This document shows, piece by piece, positions 57,721 through 64,000 of a DNA stretch of 64,000 nt; the stretch's first letter is position 1; every line of letters starts with the position of its first letter. Source of the DNA: a bacterium. Its GTDB lineage: Bacteria > Patescibacteriota > CPR2 > UBA1875 > CAIMLA01. The notes beneath the pieces are model-generated. The model ran no database searches. It worked only from the letters and a program-made list of their open reading frames with translations, and was not told where the DNA came from. The DNA lies in the NCBI GenBank assembly GCA_037129835.1, contig JBAXUE010000002.1, positions 2,334 through 66,333 on the forward strand, in the 5' to 3' direction. A program made the translations under genes and the position numbers.

Positions 57721-58143
57721 ATGTTTATCGGTGAATACCAACACAATTTGGATGATAAAGGAAGACTAGCTATCCCAGCGAAGTTTCGTGGACAGCTCTC
57801 AGAGGGTGCTGTAGTTACGAAGGGTTTGGATAATTGTCTTTCTTTGTTCACAAAAGAGGGCTGGGACTTTGAAGCCGAAAGACTGATGAACCTACCGCTA
57901 ACACAGGCTAAGGCTCGTGCCTACGCTCGTTTCATGCTCTCTAGTGCGTTTCCAGTAGAAATAGATAAGCAGGGTAGGGTTAACGTACCACAAGCGCTTA
58001 GAAGCTTTGCGGGGATTTCAGGAAGCACAGTAGTTACCGGACTCGGAGACCATGTTGAAATCTGGGCTCCAGAGGCTTGGGAAGAATATCGATCGCACAT
58101 TGAAAAAGATAGCGGCAATATTGCCGAAGAATTAGGAATTTAA
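57721..58143 (+). CDS. mraZ: Transcriptional regulator MraZ
   Basis: Tandem MraZ/SpoVT-AbrB-like halves (LDDKGRLAIPAKFR ... IDKQGRVNVPQALR). Confidence 0.9.
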   Translation: MFIGEYQHNLDDKGRLAIPAKFRGQLSEGAVVTKGLDNCLSLFTKEGWDFEAERLMNLPLTQAKARAYARFMLSSAFPVEIDKQGRVNVPQALRSFAGISGSTVVTGLGDHVEIWAPEAWEEYRSHIEKDSGNIAEELGI

Positions 58144-58323
58144 TAGTTTATAGTCTCCCTGCATAGGCAGAAATCTCCAAAGTAGATAGCTAGCAGCCAG
58201 CAAGCACCTTTCTATTTAAACATCCACCTCAAATTTAGCCCAACTAAATTAATTCGAAAAACTATAAGTTTTAGTCACGAACTCTACGTTCACTGACTGC
58301 TAGCTACTTGCCAAGGAGAAAAA

Positions 58324-59253
58324 ATGACAGACAAGCACATTCCGGTTCTTTTACATGAAGTTATCGAGCTTCTTGATCCAAAGCCAGGCAAAAACTACAT
58401 AGATGCCACTTTGGGTTTTGGGGGTCATAGCGAAGCTATATTATCGGCTATTTCACCAAATGGGAAATTACTAGGTATCGACCAAGATGAAGACGTGATG
58501 AAGTATACCAAAGAACGTTTGCAGAAATTTGGAGATAGATTCAGTACAGTTATAGGGAATTTCTCACAAATTGACGAAATAGGCCGGCAGATAAAGGTTA
58601 CGGGGGGAATTCTCGCAGATATCGGCGTGTCTAGTTACCAGCTCGATACACCAGAGAGAGGTTTTTCGTTTCGTGACAAAGGCCCGCTAGACATGAGGAT
58701 GGATCAAAGTTCGGAATTGACTGCTTCTATCATAGTAAATACTTATACAGAGCAAGAAATTTCGAAAATTATCAGAGATTTTGGTGAAGAGAGATTCGCG
58801 AAAAGAATCGCAACGAGAATTGTCGAGGCAAGAAAGACAAAGCACCTTGAGACCACAAAAGAGCTAGCCGAAATAGTCTCGGCAGCAATACCGAGAAAGT
58901 TTTGGCCCGACAGAATAAGTCCGGCGACCAAAACATTTCAAGCTATCAGAATGGCTGTAAACGATGAATTAGGTTCACTAGAGATGTTTTTACCAGCTGC
59001 TGTAGAGATATTACAGCCCGGAGCCAGACTAGCAGTAATAACCTTTCACTCTTTGGAAGACAAGATAGTAAAGGGATTTATGACAAAATCAGCGAGGCCA
59101 TGTACGTGTCCTCCAGAGTTTCCAAAATGCATCTGTGAGAAAAAGGCCAAAATCGTATTGGTAACTAGAAAGCCGGTGATAGCAGCAGCAAAAGAAATAA
59201 TAGATAATCCGCGTAGTCGTAGCGCGAAACTAAGAGTAATAGAAAAAATTTAA
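58324..59253 (+). CDS. rsmH: 16S rRNA (cytosine1402-N4)-methyltransferase RsmH
   Basis: HIPVLL.EV...L.PK..G.Y.D.T.G.GGHS and D.GVSS.Q.D...RGFSF motifs. Confidence 0.9.
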   Translation: MTDKHIPVLLHEVIELLDPKPGKNYIDATLGFGGHSEAILSAISPNGKLLGIDQDEDVMKYTKERLQKFGDRFSTVIGNFSQIDEIGRQIKVTGGILADIGVSSYQLDTPERGFSFRDKGPLDMRMDQSSELTASIIVNTYTEQEISKIIRDFGEERFAKRIATRIVEARKTKHLETTKELAEIVSAAIPRKFWPDRISPATKTFQAIRMAVNDELGSLEMFLPAAVEILQPGARLAVITFHSLEDKIVKGFMTKSARPCTCPPEFPKCICEKKAKIVLVTRKPVIAAAKEIIDNPRSRSAKLRVIEKI

Positions 59254-59274
59254 ATATAAAACGGAGGGGGACAA

Positions 59275-59616
59275 GTGAGGGACAGGAACAAAAGACGTAA
59301 ATATAACAAAGGATATAAGGCTACTTTCAAGCTTTCAAAAGTAGGAGTAATGATTTCGTTATTTTCTTTGGTACTAGTCATGGGTCTACTCTTTCTCTCA
59401 CAATCCAATCAAATGGCTACGTCTGGATATGACATAGCGAAGTTGAAAGAAGATGCAAAAGAACTCAAATCACAAAACGAACAGCTACAGATACAAGCAT
59501 CAAGGCTTCAGTCTATTCAAAATATTGATGGTGGAATCAAAAATTCTGGCATGGTTCCAGTTGGCCAAATTAATTATTTACCAGGAAATACAAACGTCGC
59601 GACAAGCATAAAATAA
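59275..59616 (+). CDS. ftsL: FtsL-like cell-division protein (single TM plus coiled coil)
   Basis: GTG start with a GGAGGGGGA RBS. A basic N-terminus, one TM helix and a coiled-coil segment. It sits between rsmH and ftsI. Confidence 0.6.
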   Translation: MRDRNKRRKYNKGYKATFKLSKVGVMISLFSLVLVMGLLFLSQSNQMATSGYDIAKLKEDAKELKSQNEQLQIQASRLQSIQNIDGGIKNSGMVPVGQINYLPGNTNVATSIK

Positions 59617-59662
59617 GTAAATCGGGGGGTGTTTGTAGTATAATATACGCAAGCACAAAAAT

Positions 59663-61375
59663 ATGAGAAATTACCAACACTCAGATATCCAAAGAGATAG
59701 AACCCCGATAGTAATAATTCTGTTCGTAATCCTTACAGCAGTAATTGCTGCAAGGCTTTTTTATTTACAAGTTATTGAGCACAAAACTTATGTAGCGCTT
59801 GCATCGTCTCAACATTCGCTTAAAGACACTATATATGCTAAAAGGGGGCAAATATTTGTTGACGACAGTATTTCTGATACAAGCTATGTTGTCGCCAGCA
59901 ATCAATCACTAGATTTGGTTTATATAAATCCCCATGAAATCGAAAATAAGAAAGACACGATTGCTAAGCTTTCCTCAATAATAAGCGTCAGTTTAGCCGA
60001 TATAGAGGCTAAGTATGATGAAAAATTGATGTATATCAGGATAAAACATCGTTTGACTCCGGCAGAAAGTAAAGCAATCGAGTCGGCTGAAATGAAGGGG
60101 GTAGGCCTGCAAAATGAGAATTGGAGGTATTATCCAGAAAATTCCTTAGCTTCATCTGTCCTGGGATTTGTAAATGATGAGTCTGTAGGGACATATGGTA
60201 TCGAGCAACATTATAATGATAGTCTTGAGGGAGTTAATGGATATCTTAATGAAGAAGTAGATCCATATGGTAATAAAATAGCTTTCGGTAAGGATATTTC
60301 AAAGCCTGCGGTAAACGGTTCTGATATTTATCTTACGATAGATCGGTATATTCAGCAAAAAGCAGAAACTTTTTTAGCTGACGCAATAAAGAAATACTCA
60401 GCAAAGAGTGGCTCGGTAATAGTGATGGATAAAACAACTGGTAAGATAACTGCACTTGCTAATTTTCCTACCTTTGATCCTAATAAATTTACTGAAGTAA
60501 AAGATAACGCGGCTTTTAGAAACAAAGCGATCAGCGATGTCTATGAGCCAGGCTCGGTATTTAAGGCGGTCACCATGGCTGCAGGCATTGATTCTGGCAA
60601 AATAACACCAGATTCCACGTTTACAGATACAGGTTCAATTGTTTTAAATGATAACTCGATAAAAAATTCTGATCTCAAGGCTCATGGTGTTTGTACTATG
60701 ACTACAGTACTTTCAAAATCTTTGAATACTGGGACGACATATGTAGAGCAACTTATGGGTAAAAATGTTTTTTATGATTATATCAAGAAGTTCGGTTTTG
60801 GTACCCAGACCGGTATCGAACTTGGTGACGAAGAGGTAGGATTTTTTAATAAACCAGAAAATTTTAATGACCATGGATACGCCACTATGAGCTTCGGTCA
60901 AAGTATCTCGACGACCCCAATACAAATGGTTCAAAGCTTCGCAACACTTGCCAACAACGGTGTTATGATGAAACCTTATATTATAGATAAGGTAGTACAG
61001 CCAGATGGCAAAGAGACTGTAACTAAGCCCAAAGAAGTAAGGCGGGTCGTTTCAGAAAAAACCGCTTTGCAATTACAGACTATGCTTGTAGATGTTGTTG
61101 TCAACGGTCATGGGTTTCAGGCCAAGATAAAAGGCTATAAAATAGCCGGTAAAACTGGCACAGCCCAGGTTATTGATCCTAATGGTGGATATCTTGACGG
61201 CAAAAACATCGGCACTTTTATTGGTTTCCCGGTAGCAGAGAACGCGAACTTCGTTGTTCTTGCGAAGATAGACGAACCAACCGGTGTGCCTTGGGCAGAA
61301 GAATCAGCGGCGCCCCTAGTAGCACAAATGCTAGATTTCTTACTAAAGTATTATCAGATACCACCTACGGAGTAA
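59663..61375 (+). CDS. ftsI: Class B penicillin-binding protein (FtsI/PBP2-type transpeptidase)
   Basis: N-terminal TM helix and dimerisation domain. Transpeptidase motifs SVFK (SxxK), SKSLN (SxN) and KTGTAQ (KTG). Confidence 0.88.
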   Translation: MRNYQHSDIQRDRTPIVIILFVILTAVIAARLFYLQVIEHKTYVALASSQHSLKDTIYAKRGQIFVDDSISDTSYVVASNQSLDLVYINPHEIENKKDTIAKLSSIISVSLADIEAKYDEKLMYIRIKHRLTPAESKAIESAEMKGVGLQNENWRYYPENSLASSVLGFVNDESVGTYGIEQHYNDSLEGVNGYLNEEVDPYGNKIAFGKDISKPAVNGSDIYLTIDRYIQQKAETFLADAIKKYSAKSGSVIVMDKTTGKITALANFPTFDPNKFTEVKDNAAFRNKAISDVYEPGSVFKAVTMAAGIDSGKITPDSTFTDTGSIVLNDNSIKNSDLKAHGVCTMTTVLSKSLNTGTTYVEQLMGKNVFYDYIKKFGFGTQTGIELGDEEVGFFNKPENFNDHGYATMSFGQSISTTPIQMVQSFATLANNGVMMKPYIIDKVVQPDGKETVTKPKEVRRVVSEKTALQLQTMLVDVVVNGHGFQAKIKGYKIAGKTGTAQVIDPNGGYLDGKNIGTFIGFPVAENANFVVLAKIDEPTGVPWAEESAAPLVAQMLDFLLKYYQIPPTE

Positions 61376-61379
61376 TATT

Positions 61380-62660
61380 GTGAAAAAAATTTTATTAAAA
61401 ATATTAAAAAAATTAGCGAAAGACTATCTGCTTCGAAATAAAATAGAAGTAATCGCTATCACTGGTAGTGCAGGTAAAACAACTACTAAAGTCGCTTTAG
61501 GGCATATATACAAAGATGATAGTTCTGTATTTGTGCCGACTCTTGGTTACAATACGGAAAGTGGCGTACCTCTTGCTATTTTTGACCTAAAATCACCCAA
61601 AAATCCCAAAAATCCAATATCTTGGGTGTTTATAGTTATTAAAGTTTATTTAAGAAGCTTGGGCAAACCAATCTATAAGACAATTGTCTTAGAATATGGC
61701 GCCGATGCGCCGGGGGATATTGATTATCTCGTTGATCTGGCGAGTCCTCACATAGGTGTTATAACGACAATTTTACCAGTTCATATAGAGGGATTCGTTA
61801 ATATAAAAAATATCTGCAAAGAAAAAAGTAAGATTTTTTCCAAGATGACAGAAGACGACTTCGCGATTATGAATTTTGATAATAAATATATTAAAGAAAT
61901 GGCAAATAATACAAAAGCAAAGATAATTTCATATGGAAGTGAAATAACAGATTCTATCTATTTAAAGGATATATTAGCGAGAGAAACTGGTCTAAGCGGG
62001 GATTTGGTTTGGCAAGACAATTTAGAGCATTTTAGAACAAAAGTAATAGCAACTCAACTTACACCAAGTATTATCGGAGCTGTTGGCGTGGCTTTGGCAA
62101 GAAACGGGGATATAAAAGAAATATTAAAAGCACTCGAGGATTTCTATCCAGAAAAGGGAAGAGTTAACCTTTTAGAGGGGTTGCACGACAGTGTAATAAT
62201 AGATGATAGCTACAATTCAAACCCTGAATCTGCAAGAGCCGCTCTTGAGGTGTTAGAATTATTTAAAAACAAACGTAAGATCGCCGTTCTGGGTTCGATG
62301 AATGAGCTGGGTGGTTATGCTAAAGTGGGGCACGAAGAGGTGGCCATGAAGGCACTGATGTGTGCAGATATTATAGTTACAGTAGGAGATTTGTCTGGTA
62401 AATTTATATATCCAAAGGCATTAGAGAAAAAAGATAATACTAGGTGCTATAAATTTGATGATTTTATCGGCGCAGGTGTTTTCTTAAAGGGCTTTATAAA
62501 GGAGAATGATGTGATACTATTTAAGGGCTCACAGAATGGCGTTCTTCTCGAGGAAGCAATTAAGTATATTATGAAAGAACCGGAACGAGCACAGGATTTA
62601 TTAGTTCGTCAGACACCAATGTGGCAACAAAAAAAATCTTTAATAAAAAAGGGGAAATAG
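61380..62660 (+). CDS. murF: Mur ligase, most consistent with UDP-MurNAc-pentapeptide synthetase MurF
   Basis: GTG start. ATP-binding AITGSAGKTTTK and a MurF-like DDSYNSNPESARAAL motif. It lies between ftsI and mraY. No separate murE is in the window. Confidence 0.7.
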   Translation: MKKILLKILKKLAKDYLLRNKIEVIAITGSAGKTTTKVALGHIYKDDSSVFVPTLGYNTESGVPLAIFDLKSPKNPKNPISWVFIVIKVYLRSLGKPIYKTIVLEYGADAPGDIDYLVDLASPHIGVITTILPVHIEGFVNIKNICKEKSKIFSKMTEDDFAIMNFDNKYIKEMANNTKAKIISYGSEITDSIYLKDILARETGLSGDLVWQDNLEHFRTKVIATQLTPSIIGAVGVALARNGDIKEILKALEDFYPEKGRVNLLEGLHDSVIIDDSYNSNPESARAALEVLELFKNKRKIAVLGSMNELGGYAKVGHEEVAMKALMCADIIVTVGDLSGKFIYPKALEKKDNTRCYKFDDFIGAGVFLKGFIKENDVILFKGSQNGVLLEEAIKYIMKEPERAQDLLVRQTPMWQQKKSLIKKGK

Positions 62661-62661
62661 A

Positions 62662-63723
62662 ATGATTTCAGTCTCACCGTTTATCAGCTTAAATAACGAA
62701 GTAATATTACCTCAATTAGTTAGGATATTAAGTTTTGCGGGACTTAGTTTTGTCCTCGCGATGTTGGTAACCCCAGTGTTCACATATTTTGCCTACAAGT
62801 TTCAGTGGTGGAAACAGGTTAAAGACACGGCTTGGATCGGTGGCGGCAAAGAAAAAGCGCCAGTTTTCCATAAGTTACATGCGGCCAAACATAAAAGAAA
62901 AATTCCAACTATGGCGGGAATAATAATTTGGTCAGTAGTCGCCATTATAACTATATTCTTCAACTTAGATCGTTCTCAAACTTGGTTACCCCTTTTTACC
63001 TTAATATCAATTGGTATATTGGGTCTTTTTGATGATTATATTAATATTCGTTCTGACGGCGGAATAGCGGGTTTAAAGGCTAAAGTAAAATTTAGTTGGT
63101 TGCTATTGTTTGCTGGAGCTGGTGCCTGGTGGTTTTATGCAAAACTTGGTACTAACTTTATTCACGTTCCTGGTATGGGAGATTATACGATAGGTTGGTT
63201 ATATATCCCTTTATTTATCCTCGTCGTAGTATCTACTGCCAGCGCCGTAAATATTACTGATGGCCTAGATGGTCTTTCCGGGGGACTATTATCTGCTGCC
63301 TTTGGAGCTTATGCTATAATTGCATTTTTTCAAGGTAATTTCGGATTAGCTATATTTTGTGGCACGGTAGTAGGCGCAGTTCTTGCTTATACTTGGTTTA
63401 ATATATACCCAGCTAGATTCTTTATGGGGGATACGGGTGCAGTCTCTCTGGGGGCAACCCTCGGCGTTGTTGCTATGCTTACAAATACTGCCCTTGTTTT
63501 GCCAGTTATTGGAATTGTTTTCGTTATAGAGACCATGTCAGATATCATCCAGCTCTTTTCTAAAAAGTTTTTTGGACGGAAGGTCTTTCTTTCAGCGCCG
63601 ATTCATCATCATTTTGAAGCCAAAGGTTGGCCGGAGACAAAGGTAACGATGCGTTTTTGGATTATCGGAGCAATTGCAGCCTTTATGGGCGTAGTATTGG
63701 CTCTCGTTGGAAGGGGAATGTAA
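62662..63723 (+). CDS. mraY: Phospho-N-acetylmuramoyl-pentapeptide transferase MraY
   Basis: 10-TM protein with DD.D, NITDGLDGL and HHHFE motifs. Confidence 0.93.
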   Translation: MISVSPFISLNNEVILPQLVRILSFAGLSFVLAMLVTPVFTYFAYKFQWWKQVKDTAWIGGGKEKAPVFHKLHAAKHKRKIPTMAGIIIWSVVAIITIFFNLDRSQTWLPLFTLISIGILGLFDDYINIRSDGGIAGLKAKVKFSWLLLFAGAGAWWFYAKLGTNFIHVPGMGDYTIGWLYIPLFILVVVSTASAVNITDGLDGLSGGLLSAAFGAYAIIAFFQGNFGLAIFCGTVVGAVLAYTWFNIYPARFFMGDTGAVSLGATLGVVAMLTNTALVLPVIGIVFVIETMSDIIQLFSKKFFGRKVFLSAPIHHHFEAKGWPETKVTMRFWIIGAIAAFMGVVLALVGRGM

Positions 63724-64000
63724 GTGGCATTACGCCGAAGCCAAATTAAAACAGGTCAAAATCGTGGAGGAAGTGGAAAAGTTGACTATGTAATGCTTTT
63801 TTTAATTCTTGGGCTAACGCTTTTCGGATTGGTTATGGTTTCTTCGGCATCAGTTGTGATGAGTAAGACTGGAATAGGCGAAGAAAATCATTATCTCTTT
63901 TCTCAGCTTGCTAGCGGTTTTATTGGTTTAGTTGCGATGTTCATAGCGGCAAAAATCGATTATCAGGTTTGGAAGAAGGTCGCCCCATTAATGTTTATTG
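63724..64000 (+). CDS. ftsW: FtsW/RodA (SEDS) family protein; the 3' end lies outside the window
   Basis: GTG start immediately after the mraY stop. The N-terminal TM helices are typical of SEDS proteins. dcw-cluster synteny. Confidence 0.7.
   Translation, partial: MALRRSQIKTGQNRGGSGKVDYVMLFLILGLTLFGLVMVSSASVVMSKTGIGEENHYLFSQLASGFIGLVAMFIAAKIDYQVWKKVAPLMFI

Overview
Gene-dense, low-GC (about 38-40%) bacterial window. Its architecture is consistent with a small-genome Patescibacteria/CPR-like organism, but the sequence alone cannot prove that. The backbone is conserved information-processing loci. Left to right: a ClpC C-terminal fragment, yacL-like PIN/TRAM gene, murB, a class A PBP on the minus strand, tyrS, recG, comEA, tRNA-Leu, trxA, tig, clpP, a NIF3-like gene, rpoB-rpoC, rpsL-rpsG-fusA, tuf-rpsJ, the rplC..rplQ ribosomal cluster with secY-infA-rpmJ-rpoA, rplM-rpsI, a tRNA-Thr/Tyr/Thr cluster, rpmG, tRNA-Trp, secE-nusG-rplK-rplA, and the mraZ-rsmH-ftsL-ftsI-murF-mraY-ftsW division/cell-wall cluster. 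The backbone is interrupted by apparent accessory insertions. (1) A translationally coupled radical-SAM / DegT-family aminotransferase / Nudix cassette sits between rpsJ and rplC. A roughly 50%-GC small ORF with its own consensus promoter follows it, and rplC carries a duplicated copy of the tuf leader. (2) A small integrative element (large serine recombinase plus a 401-aa charged hypothetical protein) lies between tRNA-Trp and secE and is flanked by a 12-bp direct repeat. (3) A superoxide reductase gene and three tandem paralogous membrane-anchored secreted proteins lie between rplA and mraZ. There is also a family of at least six short palindromic intergenic elements (TGTCATCC ... GGATCTC ... 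GATGACA), and a conserved, covarying roughly 98-nt structured element downstream of both tRNA-Thr genes. Several textbook TTGACA-N17-TATAAT-like promoters and rho-independent terminators are visible.
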